From Opitutaceae bacterium (lineage in GTDB: Bacteria; Verrucomicrobiota; Verrucomicrobiia; Opitutales; Coraliomargaritaceae): a stretch of 64,000 nt of DNA. The stretch lies in contig JBPOFY010000001.1 in NCBI GenBank assembly GCA_051252375.1, forward strand, positions 32,001 through 96,000, given 5' to 3'. The translations under genes and the position numbers were made by a program. The notes beneath the pieces were generated by a model. The model was not told the origin of the DNA, did no database searches, and saw only the letters and a program-made list of their open reading frames with translations. Shown here piece by piece: positions 1 to 8,964 of this stretch (position 1 is the stretch's first letter; each line of letters begins with the position of its first letter).

Positions 1-385
1 TGCCACCACAGTAGTCGGCCCCGCAATGGGAGGCCTGGTGATCGGGCAAGAGGTTGCACGCCAGTTGGGCCTACGCTTTGTTTTTCTTGAGAAGGTAGAC
101 GACAAGTTGGCGCTACGCCGGAACTTCAAATTCGCTCCCGATGAGAAGGTTTTAATCATCGAGGACGTCATCACACGTGGTGGCCGCGTGCTCGAAGCGC
201 TGGAGCAATGCCGCGCGCATGGCGCTAATCCCGTGGCAGTCGGGGTGATCGTGGATCGCAGTGCCGGTAAAACCACTTTTGACGTGCCACACCATAGTCT
301 CGCCGAGCTCAGCTTCCCCACCTACCCTGCCGACCAACTGCCCCCCGAACTGCAAGGCTCTGAAGCCACCAAGCCCGGCAGCTAA
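1..385 (+). CDS. pyrE: Orotate phosphoribosyltransferase (5'-truncated by window edge)
   Basis: PRPP-binding motif VLIIEDVITRGG, GPAMGGLVIG and VGVIVDRS typical of PyrE; frame open to the window start. Confidence 0.9.
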   Translation, partial: ATTVVGPAMGGLVIGQEVARQLGLRFVFLEKVDDKLALRRNFKFAPDEKVLIIEDVITRGGRVLEALEQCRAHGANPVAVGVIVDRSAGKTTFDVPHHSLAELSFPTYPADQLPPELQGSEATKPGS

Positions 386-497
386 GCTCCATTGGCGACT
401 GAACCAGCAGCCAACTGCGTTGCGCTTATTCATAAAAGTGACGAACGAAAGCTGTTTGCGATTTGCAATCTATCGAGAGAAGAACTATACAAAAACC

Positions 498-716
498 ATG
501 AAAAATTTGCTACCACTGATTGCTTCCACTTTTTGCGTGACACAAATCGCCAGTGCGCACCCAACAGGTCACACTGAGAGCATCATTGATACGGTTCGAC
601 ACGTCGTCAGCCAACCAGATCATTTCATCGCCATCGCTTTAATGGCAGCTGTCTCAGGACTCGCGTTATGGAAACTTGCGACCAGCCGTAAGCAGGCGAA
701 GTGCAAAAGCGAGTAA
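498..716 (+). CDS. Small (72 aa) exported/membrane peptide resembling the N-terminus of HupE/UreJ nickel transporters
   Basis: ATG at 498 within ORF 261..716: signal peptide ending ASA, then HPTGH...QPDH, one TM helix and a basic tail; next to lar genes. Confidence 0.55.
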   Translation: MKNLLPLIASTFCVTQIASAHPTGHTESIIDTVRHVVSQPDHFIAIALMAAVSGLALWKLATSRKQAKCKSE

Positions 717-729
717 GTGGCACTAACAA

Positions 730-1536
730 CTAGTTTGCCTGCACACCAATCGCTCGATTGAGCTTTCCGGAAACGAAGCCCTCTTCATCGAACTCGACGG
801 TTTCAAAACCTATCTCGATTAAAGCGGCCCGTAGCACATCTTGCTTAAGGTTTAGTTCGGCCACATCTTCGGATGGCACCTCGACCTTGGCGCGATCACC
901 AAAGTGTCGCACACGATTAATCGGAAAACCGGCTGCTTTAACCGCCGCCTCGGCATCTTCAATCTGACGGAGTTTGGCCACCGTGATACGGTCACCATAA
1001 GGAACGCGTGACGATAAGCATGGGCTTGCAGGCTTATTCCAGCAATCCAACGCGAAATGCTCCGCAAGTTCACGCACGCCTTCTTTGGATATGCCGCAGT
1101 CGGCCAGAGGCGATCGCACCTGAAACTCATCCGCCGCTTTCAAGCCGGGACGATAATCACCAAAGTCATCGACATTCGTGCCATTCAACACCCACCAATC
1201 AGGAAACTCGGTGCGCAATCCCGCCAATTCATCGTAAAGCGTATGCTTACAGAAATAACAACGATTAGAGGGGTTGGAAAAGTAGTTCGGATTATCAATT
1301 TCTTGAGTCGTAATCACACGGAGCGGCAAATTGTGATTGAGCGCAAATTGCTTCGCTTCTTCTAGGTCTGACAGCTTCAGGCTAGGCGATGCAGAAATCA
1401 CCGCCAGCGCAGCATCAGCTCCGAGAAAATGTTGCGCTAGAAACGCAACAAGTGAACTATCCACACCACCCGAAAAAGCCACCAAGGCACCGGGGCAATC
1501 CCGAAACCAATCTTCTAGCTTTTGTAGTGACTCCAT
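730..1536 (-). CDS. larE: ATP-dependent sulfur transferase LarE (nickel-pincer cofactor biosynthesis)
   Basis: PP-loop AFSGGVDS, RCYFCK, DDFGDYRPG, KPASPCLSSRVPYG, GFVSGKLN; start taken at MESLQ. Confidence 0.92.
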   Translation of the reverse strand: MESLQKLEDWFRDCPGALVAFSGGVDSSLVAFLAQHFLGADAALAVISASPSLKLSDLEEAKQFALNHNLPLRVITTQEIDNPNYFSNPSNRCYFCKHTLYDELAGLRTEFPDWWVLNGTNVDDFGDYRPGLKAADEFQVRSPLADCGISKEGVRELAEHFALDCWNKPASPCLSSRVPYGDRITVAKLRQIEDAEAAVKAAGFPINRVRHFGDRAKVEVPSEDVAELNLKQDVLRAALIEIGFETVEFDEEGFVSGKLNRAIGVQAN

Positions 1537-1611
1537 AGAGCAGTATCTTGCACCCCAATAAAGCGCTGTCAACTTGCACAAAGCAAAACGATCGCTATCT
1601 AAATAACAGCC

Positions 1612-2841
1612 ATGTCGACATTACTTTACCAATGCCCCGCCGGTCTTTCCGGCGATATGAACCTCGGTGCGATGGTTGCTCTCGGTCTCGATCCAGCAGC
1701 CATCGAAGTGGAACTCCGGAAGCTCCCCTACAAGGGTTGGTCACTCCACTTCGAGAACGATATACGGCAAGGCATCACGGGCACGCGTTGCGACGTCATT
1801 CTACAGCAGAGCCCTGAGCAAGCACACTCCAATGTGATGACGCATACGCAATCACATGGCCATAGCCACGCGCATCACGAACACCGCGGCTTTCGTGAGA
1901 TCCGCGAAGCCATCGAAGGCAGCAAACTGTCTGATCGTGTCAAAGCCGACTCCATTGCTTGCTTCCGCGCACTAGCAGAAGCCGAAGGAGCCGTGCACGG
2001 CATCGATCCAGACGAAGTCCACTTCCACGAAGTCGGCGCTATCGACTCCATCATCGACATGGTGGGCGCAGCCATTTGCTGGGATCTCCTCGGCATCGAC
2101 CGCATCGTCTGCTCCACCCTCGAAGTCGGCGGCGGCACGGTGAAATGTGCACACGGCATCATGCCCGTGCCCGCGCCCGCGACTGCTCGATTACTGCAAG
2201 GCAAACCCTTTACATCTGGTGCCACCAACAAGGAAACCACCACTCCCACCGGAGCTTCGCTGCTCGTCGGCAAAGGCGCTGAATTCGGCGGCAAAACCAG
2301 TGGTCCGCAAATCAAGACCGGCATCGGCATCGGTCAGCGCGACGACCCTAACATCGCAAATGCAGTTTACGTCAGCCTAATCGATGAATCCATCGCGAGC
2401 AAAGCCTACGAGCAGGATGAAGTGGTCGAGCTCGCCACCAACATCGACGACATGTCTGCCGAAGCCATCAGCTACCTGTGCGAGCAACTGCTTACCGCCG
2501 GAGCCTTGGATGTCTGGCAAACACCCGCCACGTTCAAAAAGGGACGCCTAGGTTGCGTCGTGCATGCGCTCGCGCCATCCGACTTGGTCACTGCGATCGA
2601 AGCCACTTTCTTCAAATACAGCCGAACACTTGGCGTGCGCCGCCAAACTTGGCAGCGCTCAAAACTCACACGCGAGACACGCGTGCTCGACACTCCGTGG
2701 GGTCAAGTCCGAGTCAAACAAGCCAGCGATCACAACGCCTTAGCGCGCCACAAATTCGAATACGATGACTGCGCTCGAATTGCTGCCGCAGAAAACCAAT
2801 CACTCGATTGGGTCGAAGCTGAACTCACTAAACTTCTCTAG
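1612..2841 (+). CDS. larC: Nickel insertion protein LarC
   Basis: GLSGDMNLGA, His-rich linker, AEGAVHG, VHFHEVGAIDSIID, CAHGIMPVPAPAT, TPTGA, TNIDD, KKGR, EYDDC. Confidence 0.95.
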   Translation: MSTLLYQCPAGLSGDMNLGAMVALGLDPAAIEVELRKLPYKGWSLHFENDIRQGITGTRCDVILQQSPEQAHSNVMTHTQSHGHSHAHHEHRGFREIREAIEGSKLSDRVKADSIACFRALAEAEGAVHGIDPDEVHFHEVGAIDSIIDMVGAAICWDLLGIDRIVCSTLEVGGGTVKCAHGIMPVPAPATARLLQGKPFTSGATNKETTTPTGASLLVGKGAEFGGKTSGPQIKTGIGIGQRDDPNIANAVYVSLIDESIASKAYEQDEVVELATNIDDMSAEAISYLCEQLLTAGALDVWQTPATFKKGRLGCVVHALAPSDLVTAIEATFFKYSRTLGVRRQTWQRSKLTRETRVLDTPWGQVRVKQASDHNALARHKFEYDDCARIAAAENQSLDWVEAELTKLL

Positions 2842-2849
2842 CCAATACC

Positions 2850-3581
2850 ATGAACACTCGTAAAATCCTAGAAAGCTTACAAAGTGGTGAACTCGACCTC
2901 GAGGCCGCACTCACCCAACTGCAAGGTTTCGACGACCTCGGCCATAGTCGAGTGGACCTAAATCGCGCAGAGCGGAACGGCGCAGCAGAAGTTATTTTCG
3001 GCCAAGGGAAAACGTCCGACCAAATCATCGACATCATGCAGAGCCTCTCTGCTCGGAATCAAAACATACTGGTCACCCGCATCAGCCCCGAAGCAGCTGC
3101 TGCGGCTCAACAAAGGTTTCCAAATTCCACTTACGAGGCATTGCCTAAACTGCTATCCCTAGAGACCACTCCCACCGAAAAAACAAAATCTAAAATTGCC
3201 ATCGTTTGCGCCGGCACCTCGGACCTGCCCGTCGCGGAAGAAGCCGCACTCACTGCGGAGTTTTACGGTAATACAGTCGAACGTGTTTACGATGCCGGCG
3301 TAGCTGGATTGCATCGCCTACTCGCGAGCCTAGATGTGATCAATGAATGCCGCGTCGTGGTGGTCGTCGCAGGCATGGAGGGAGCACTCCCAAGTGTCGT
3401 CGGCGGCTTAGTGAAGGCACCGGTGATTGCCGTGCCGACTAGTGTCGGCTATGGGGCAAACTTTGGTGGACTCTCCGCCCTACTTGGCATGCTCAATACA
3501 TGCGCCAGCGGCGTCACCGTGGTGAACATCGATAACGGGTTCGGCGCAGGCTTTGCCGCGAACCGAATTAATCGGCTGTAA
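2850..3581 (+). CDS. larB: NaAD carboxylase/hydrolase LarB
   Basis: AGTSDLPVAEEA, DAGVAGLHRL, AGMEGALPSVVGGL, PTSVGYG, VVNIDNGFGAG. Confidence 0.95.
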   Translation: MNTRKILESLQSGELDLEAALTQLQGFDDLGHSRVDLNRAERNGAAEVIFGQGKTSDQIIDIMQSLSARNQNILVTRISPEAAAAAQQRFPNSTYEALPKLLSLETTPTEKTKSKIAIVCAGTSDLPVAEEAALTAEFYGNTVERVYDAGVAGLHRLLASLDVINECRVVVVVAGMEGALPSVVGGLVKAPVIAVPTSVGYGANFGGLSALLGMLNTCASGVTVVNIDNGFGAGFAANRINRL

Positions 3582-3601
3582 AGCCGGCATTGGATAAACG
3601 G

Positions 3602-3680
3602 GGTAGCGGCGCTTGTCCCTAAGCGCCATACGTCAGCATCAGACCGTATCCAATGGCGGTCAGGGACGACCGCCGCTACC
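3602..3680. repeat. GTAG-type REP doublet (REPIN-like), copy 1
   Basis: GGTAG + hairpin GGCGCTT-gtccct-AAGCGCC, then inverted unit GGCGGTC-agggac-GACCGCC + GCTACC; related copies at 6890 and 60308. Confidence 0.75.
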
Positions 3681-3709
3681 AATCCGCGAACCGAATTACT
3701 GGCTCTCGC

Positions 3710-4738
3710 TTACGCGTTTTCTTTATCGCGACGGTAACAGCAACTACCTGCTTCGTAGAGTTTTTCGCCGTGAAATTGCGCGGCATATTCTTCCGTGCCT
3801 GGAGCAAAATCAAACTTGGAAGCATAAGCTTCTCGCTCATCCGTAGTGAAAGGCTTCGTCACAGTGGCTGCCACAGCTTGATCCAAATACTCCATCTTAT
3901 CGATGCCAATGAGATGCGTGCAGAGCTGTTTGTAACTCAATGCATACTTCAAAACAGATTCCGCAGTCGTCTTATCATGTAATTGATTACGACGGCTGCC
4001 GCCGAAGCCCTTCATACCAAGAACTGCGATATTCTTCTCTTCGCAAAGCGGGAAGATTTCCTCTTCAAAACTCCTCGAGCCTAGGGCGCCAACTGCAGAT
4101 ACAGGCATCAATAAAGCATCCCACTCGTAACCGCCATCAATCATGCCACGGTGAATCTTCGGGTCTGTATGTCCGGTAAAACCAGCATAACGTATTTTCC
4201 CTTGTTTCTTCGCTAGCTCAATCGCTTCGATCGCACCCTGTTCGCGGTAAGCATCTTTCACATCATCATCCGAAACCTGATGCATCATCCAAAGGTCTAA
4301 GTGATCTGTCTTTAATCGACGTAATGAATCCTCCAGCATCGTCATCGCACCTTTAACGTCGGGCGTATATACGTTTGCTGCCGGACCGATGTGATAGTTA
4401 CAGAATTTCGTCCAAAGGAACACTTTGTCCCGCTTACCTTCGAGTGCGACACCCATGTATTCCTCGGCCTCCCCATCGTGGTAATCCCATGCATTATCAA
4501 ACACATTGACTCCTAGGTCGATTGCTCGGGCAGCAATATTACTCGCTTCTTTTTGCGATCCCGCCATGTAAAGCGTGTGCCCCCCGATGCCCATGACACT
4601 TAGCATGTCATCATGGCGACCGAATTTTCTTTTAGGAATGACCACGGATTCTGCTGCTTTGGCGTATGCAGCAGGGCTACCGGCGAGAGCCGCCGAACCG
4701 ACGGACAATTTAAGGAAATTACGGCGGGAAACATTCAT
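3710..4738 (-). CDS. Tat-exported aldo/keto reductase family protein
   Basis: Twin-arginine signal SRRNFLK; AKR motifs FDNAWDY, TKF, LEDSLRRLKTDHLDLWMMH, GKIRYAGFTGH. Confidence 0.85.
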   Translation of the reverse strand: MNVSRRNFLKLSVGSAALAGSPAAYAKAAESVVIPKRKFGRHDDMLSVMGIGGHTLYMAGSQKEASNIAARAIDLGVNVFDNAWDYHDGEAEEYMGVALEGKRDKVFLWTKFCNYHIGPAANVYTPDVKGAMTMLEDSLRRLKTDHLDLWMMHQVSDDDVKDAYREQGAIEAIELAKKQGKIRYAGFTGHTDPKIHRGMIDGGYEWDALLMPVSAVGALGSRSFEEEIFPLCEEKNIAVLGMKGFGGSRRNQLHDKTTAESVLKYALSYKQLCTHLIGIDKMEYLDQAVAATVTKPFTTDEREAYASKFDFAPGTEEYAAQFHGEKLYEAGSCCYRRDKENA

Positions 4739-4857
4739 GGTGAATAAGTGATACGACATAACAGTCTTAGGTCAAATAATGTTCAATAAAACATCGGTCT
4801 GTAGAAATTTGAAATTGCCACCTCTCAAATCGATAAGATTTTATCAGCAAAACTGTT

Positions 4858-5700
4858 ATGCTGAGCTATCGACACGCTTTCCATGCCGGCAACTTTGCCG
4901 ACGTCCTCAAACACTGGGTATTAATCGAGTGCTTGGAATACTTGAAACAGAAGGAGAAACCCTTCGTTTACTACGATACCCATTCCGGTCCCGGGATGTA
5001 TGCGCTGGATTCCGACTACGCGCAAAAGAACCAAGAGTTTAAAACCGGCATCAGCCTACTTTGGGACCAAGCCGACCTGCCCAAAGGATTATTACAATAT
5101 TGCGACTGCATCCGCACACAGAATCCGGATGACACACTGCGCCACTACCCCGGCTCTCCAAGCATCGCACAAGCACTCATGCGAGAATGGGATCGCTTAA
5201 CGCTATGCGAACTGCATCGAACCGAGCATGAGATACTAAGCGGGCAGTTCGCCCATGATAAACGCTCTGAAGTTTGGAATGAGGACGGTCTTAATCGGAC
5301 ACTCAAATTGCTACCACCACGAGAGCGTCGCGGCATCGTGCTAATCGATCCCTCTTACGAAATGAAGGAAGACTACGAGCGCGTGGTGGAGTTCCTGCAA
5401 GCCGCCCATCGTAAGTTTGCACAAGGGGTCTACCTACTCTGGTATCCCGTCGTCGAGCGTGAACGAATCGATCGATTGGAGGCAGCACTCATCAATAGCG
5501 GCATCCGCAACATCACTCTTTTTGAACTCAGCAATCAAGCAGACACGGAGGCACGCGGCATGACATCTAGCGGTATGATCGTGATCAACTCGCCATGGAC
5601 ACTCAAACAAAGCATCGACGACGGATTGGCCTACCTAGCAAAAAAGCTAGAAGTCGATGGCTTTAGCGCTCTACGCAGTGAAGTGCTCGTAGGCGAATAG
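4858..5700 (+). CDS. rlmJ: 23S rRNA m6A2030 methyltransferase RlmJ
   Basis: MLSYRHAFHAGNFADVLKH, YPGSP, LIDPSYE, WYP. Confidence 0.95.
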   Translation: MLSYRHAFHAGNFADVLKHWVLIECLEYLKQKEKPFVYYDTHSGPGMYALDSDYAQKNQEFKTGISLLWDQADLPKGLLQYCDCIRTQNPDDTLRHYPGSPSIAQALMREWDRLTLCELHRTEHEILSGQFAHDKRSEVWNEDGLNRTLKLLPPRERRGIVLIDPSYEMKEDYERVVEFLQAAHRKFAQGVYLLWYPVVERERIDRLEAALINSGIRNITLFELSNQADTEARGMTSSGMIVINSPWTLKQSIDDGLAYLAKKLEVDGFSALRSEVLVGE

Positions 5701-5795
5701 CTGTGGTTTACATGACTAGATAACACTCATTCATAGCGCGTAGAATTACCGACTACCCACTTGCTAAAGCTCTATGAATCAACCATCCGTATCGT

Positions 5796-6098
5796 ATGTT
5801 TAAATTTGATACGACACTTCACCGTCTTCGCTCGATCGGCACCTGGGAAGCGATCTCCTCTATCATCCTCTTCGGCGTCGCGATGCCACTAAAGTATATT
5901 TGGGGCGATGATGTCCTCATTCGCCCAGTTGGCATGGCTCATGGCATATTATGGATGGCCTACGTCGGCTTCGCCTTTCTCGGACAGATGGACTACAAGT
6001 GGTCATGGAAACTAACAGGCTGGTTACTAGTCGCCAGCATCGTGCCCGCAGGGCCGTTTGTCGCCGATGCTAAACTCCTCAAAAACGTAGAAGCTTAA
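5796..6098 (+). CDS. DUF3817-type small integral membrane protein
   Basis: EAISxxxLFGVAMPLKY, GMAHGILW, ASIVPAGPF. Confidence 0.8.
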   Translation: MFKFDTTLHRLRSIGTWEAISSIILFGVAMPLKYIWGDDVLIRPVGMAHGILWMAYVGFAFLGQMDYKWSWKLTGWLLVASIVPAGPFVADAKLLKNVEA

Positions 6099-6108
6099 GT
6101 CCCCCGCT

Positions 6109-6705
6109 ATGGACAAAATTTTGATTTTACGACTCGCCCCATCCGGGGAGTCTTTTCTCAAAATGGATGTCCTCAGCCCCGAGCACGGCACCTTTCTTTG
6201 CCTTAAACGCATATCAAAAAAGAGCGCGCAACAAACCACGCCTGACCTCTTCGACACCGCGGACATACAGCTAGAAACCTCAAAGCAAGGCACTGCCCGT
6301 TTTGTCCGCGAGTATCAACTCCTCAACCGACGTGAAACGATCGGGCGATCTTATCACAGTCTGCGCCATGCTTCTGAGTTCAGCGCACTAATCGCACGCA
6401 ATGGTCCGCACATGGCGGAACCTGAAGCGCTCTTTGAACTAGTGGAGCGCACGCTCAACGCCTTCGCGGAAGGCAAAGCGCCTGAGGTGGTGCACTTAAA
6501 AGCGGTCTACATGCTCCTAAAAAACGAAGGCTACCCCATTCGCGAATCTTGGTGGCCTAGCTTGCCTTCCGCGTTGCGAGATGCCGCTAAAACTTTGATC
6601 AATGAGCCCGCACCAGAGCAACCCGATGCCGCAACTCGTGAAGACTGCGAGAAAATCTCACAACGACTCTACCGCTGGCTGGAGCACGAAACCGACTTAA
6701 GGTAG
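6109..6705 (+). CDS. RecO-like DNA repair protein (short, divergent)
   Basis: N-terminal OB-like segment ILRLAPSGESFLKMDVLSPEHG, PDLF, helical C-part with EALFELV and LLKNEGY. Confidence 0.55.
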   Translation: MDKILILRLAPSGESFLKMDVLSPEHGTFLCLKRISKKSAQQTTPDLFDTADIQLETSKQGTARFVREYQLLNRRETIGRSYHSLRHASEFSALIARNGPHMAEPEALFELVERTLNAFAEGKAPEVVHLKAVYMLLKNEGYPIRESWWPSLPSALRDAAKTLINEPAPEQPDAATREDCEKISQRLYRWLEHETDLR

Positions 6706-6770
6706 GACGATCCGAGTGTCGGATGGAATCTAAAACGATGTCAGACAAAGAAGAAATTCGGTGAAGATTT

Positions 6771-6850
6771 GGAGGGTTGCGCTCTGTCGCAACCGCCAAC
6801 AGTTCGATGCATTTAGGCGTTTTCGCGGCAATGACGGAGCATTGCCCTCC
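6771..6850. repeat. GGAG-type palindromic REP doublet
   Basis: GGAGGGTTGCGCTCTGTCGCAACC and inverted GGAGGGCAATGCTCCGTCATTGCC: same frame with compensatory stem changes. Confidence 0.65.
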
Positions 6851-6889
6851 AAATGAAACTACGTATAGCACGTCTGCATATACGCTTAA

Positions 6890-6984
6890 GGTAGCGGCGA
6901 TGGTCCCCATCGCCACACGGCTGAACTGCCCAGCCTGCCCCAGAGCGAAACACATGCATGGCGGTCGGGACGACCGCCTCTACC
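6890..6984. repeat. GTAG-type REP doublet (REPIN-like), copy 2
   Basis: GGTAGCGGCGATGGTCCCCATCGCCACACG...GAGCGAAACACATGCATGGCGGTCGGGACGACCGCCTCTACC, near-identical to 60308..60403. Confidence 0.85.
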
Positions 6985-7139
6985 TTTAGAGGAATCACGA
7001 TGCTTGCCGAAACTCCCAGGCAATTAGCAAGGATTTAGCCAATTCTAGCGACTCGTGCGCTACCTCAAACATCCTACACGATTCCATCAGTTGCTACTTG
7101 CCCCGCTCGACTAAAGTTTTGAATCTAAAAGCTTCGAAT

Positions 7140-8144
7140 ATGGAATCTCCCGACGGCAGCACATTTTCTCTCAGACACGCACTCCCCGAAGCATTGGGCG
7201 ATTGCCGTGCGGTCGAAGTGCTTGAACGCTCGCTCGCGCAGAACCGATTAGGTCACGGCATCCTGCTTCACGGTGAAAGCCCCGCTTTTCTCGAAGAAAT
7301 CGTTCGCGCCATTACTTCAGTCTTACTCGAAACCGAGCGCAATCCACTCGAACATCCCGACTGCTTCATTCTGCGCCCCTCCGGCAAAGCACGGATGATA
7401 AAAATTGGTTCCGAGGCAGAACGCACAGGCGGCGATTGGCCGAAAAATAGTATGCGCCGGCTTGTGATCGACATACAAAAATCATCCAACCAAGGCGGCC
7501 GCAAAGTAGGCATCGTCTTTGAGGCCGATCGCATGAATACGCAATCTGCCAACGCCTTTCTAAAAACACTCGAAGAGCCTCCGGCCGGCACCACCCTCTT
7601 TCTGCTGACAAGCCGCCCTTACGACTTGCTCGACACCATCCGCAGTCGCTGTCTCAACTTTCGTATTCCCGCAGGCACCGAAACCATCGCCCACCCCGAC
7701 TGGCCCGCGTGGACACGTGCTTACCGGGAATGGCTCGGCATGCTACTCAACGGACCGAGTAAAGCAAATGTCCCCCATGTCATGCTCGGCGCGTATGGAC
7801 TCAACGCACGCTTTCAAACTATTCTCACGAACATGACTACTGAGGCATGGAAGGCACACAAGGAAACCCTCCCCGAGCACATTACAGACGACGAAAAAAA
7901 CGCGATGGAAGCCGGCATGAGCCGAGGCTATCGCAAACAACTTTACGGGCAGATCGAAAAAGAAACCGCCCGCTACGCTCGTGATATTGAAACCGCCAAC
8001 CCTGGCGAGCTACCCTGCATCGCACTTAATCGGGCGATCGAAGTCTTGGAAAAAAGCGCCGGCCTACTAGAGCTCAACTTCAACCAAGCCGCCGCCCTCG
8101 AACTCTTCTTCCTGCAATCCCTCCGCATCTGGACAGCGCGCTAA
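7140..8144 (+). CDS. holB: DNA polymerase III delta-prime subunit (clamp loader)
   Basis: HPDCFILRP, EADRMNTQSANAFLKTLEEPP, LLDTIRSRC; degenerate Walker A as expected for delta-prime. Confidence 0.8.
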   Translation: MESPDGSTFSLRHALPEALGDCRAVEVLERSLAQNRLGHGILLHGESPAFLEEIVRAITSVLLETERNPLEHPDCFILRPSGKARMIKIGSEAERTGGDWPKNSMRRLVIDIQKSSNQGGRKVGIVFEADRMNTQSANAFLKTLEEPPAGTTLFLLTSRPYDLLDTIRSRCLNFRIPAGTETIAHPDWPAWTRAYREWLGMLLNGPSKANVPHVMLGAYGLNARFQTILTNMTTEAWKAHKETLPEHITDDEKNAMEAGMSRGYRKQLYGQIEKETARYARDIETANPGELPCIALNRAIEVLEKSAGLLELNFNQAAALELFFLQSLRIWTAR

Positions 8145-8176
8145 GCGGACGCTGATTAATCTCCACTATTCATTCT

Positions 8177-8253
8177 AAATCATACTCCTAATCATACTCT
8201 TAATCTTCTCCGCTCACATGAGATTAGGATTAAGAGTAAGATTACGATTAAGA
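8177..8253. repeat. Inverted pair of hexamer arrays (TAATCN/TACTCN versus AGATTA/AGAGTA)
   Basis: Left arm TAATCATACTCTTAATCT is complementary to the right arm AGATTAGGATTAAGAGTAAGATTACGATTAAGA. Confidence 0.7.
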
Positions 8254-8292
8254 CACTTTAGCTCTTAGCCATTATTCATTACCCATTTTTCA

Positions 8293-8952
8293 ATGTGCGG
8301 TCGATACACACTCCATCCAAATAAAAAGGCGCTCGCCGAGGCGATTGCCTTAGCCATTCCAGAAAGCTATGAGCCTGATTACAACATCGGGCCTGGCAGA
8401 GACACGCTGGCGATTGCGACTCGCGACAAAGTGACGCCTGTCACCGCAATGATGCATTGGGGACTGCGCACACCACAGAACTTTCACGTCAACGCTCGAC
8501 TGGAAGCCGCTGACAGCACGCCCCGCTTTCGTGAAAGTTGGGAAGCGCATCGCTGTTTGCTTCCTGCCAATGGCTTCTACGAATGGTATCAGGATGGCAT
8601 CACGAAGCAGCCCTACTACATTTACCCAGAAGACTCCAAGCTGACCTTCTTTGCCGGACTTTGGATGCCTGCCGCTTTTGATGGCGCTCCCGCAAGCTGT
8701 GTGATTCTCACCACTTCAGCAGACGATTCTATCAAACAAATCCACGAACGCATGCCTGTCATGCTGCCACTAGAGGCACATGCCGATTGGCTAGCAGGCA
8801 CACTGACGAAACGCGAGACACTGTCTCTCGCAGCCAAAGGCACACTTGCAAAGCACACTGTCTCTCGACGCGTCAACAGCGTCCAAAACAAAGACAGCAA
8901 ATTAATCGAAGCCTCCTCACCTCTGACCGATGATCAGATGATGTTATTCTAG
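8293..8952 (+). CDS. SOS response-associated peptidase (SRAP/YedK/HMCES family abasic-site protein)
   Basis: N-terminal MCGRY, YNIGP, NARLE, RCLLPANGFYEW, IHERMPVML. Confidence 0.93.
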   Translation: MCGRYTLHPNKKALAEAIALAIPESYEPDYNIGPGRDTLAIATRDKVTPVTAMMHWGLRTPQNFHVNARLEAADSTPRFRESWEAHRCLLPANGFYEWYQDGITKQPYYIYPEDSKLTFFAGLWMPAAFDGAPASCVILTTSADDSIKQIHERMPVMLPLEAHADWLAGTLTKRETLSLAAKGTLAKHTVSRRVNSVQNKDSKLIEASSPLTDDQMMLF

Positions 8953-8964
8953 CGTCCCGAGGAC

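Noticed and set aside
1612..2841. Programmed frameshift in larC (known in some lactobacilli)
   Set aside because: Both LarC halves are in one continuous 409-aa frame here
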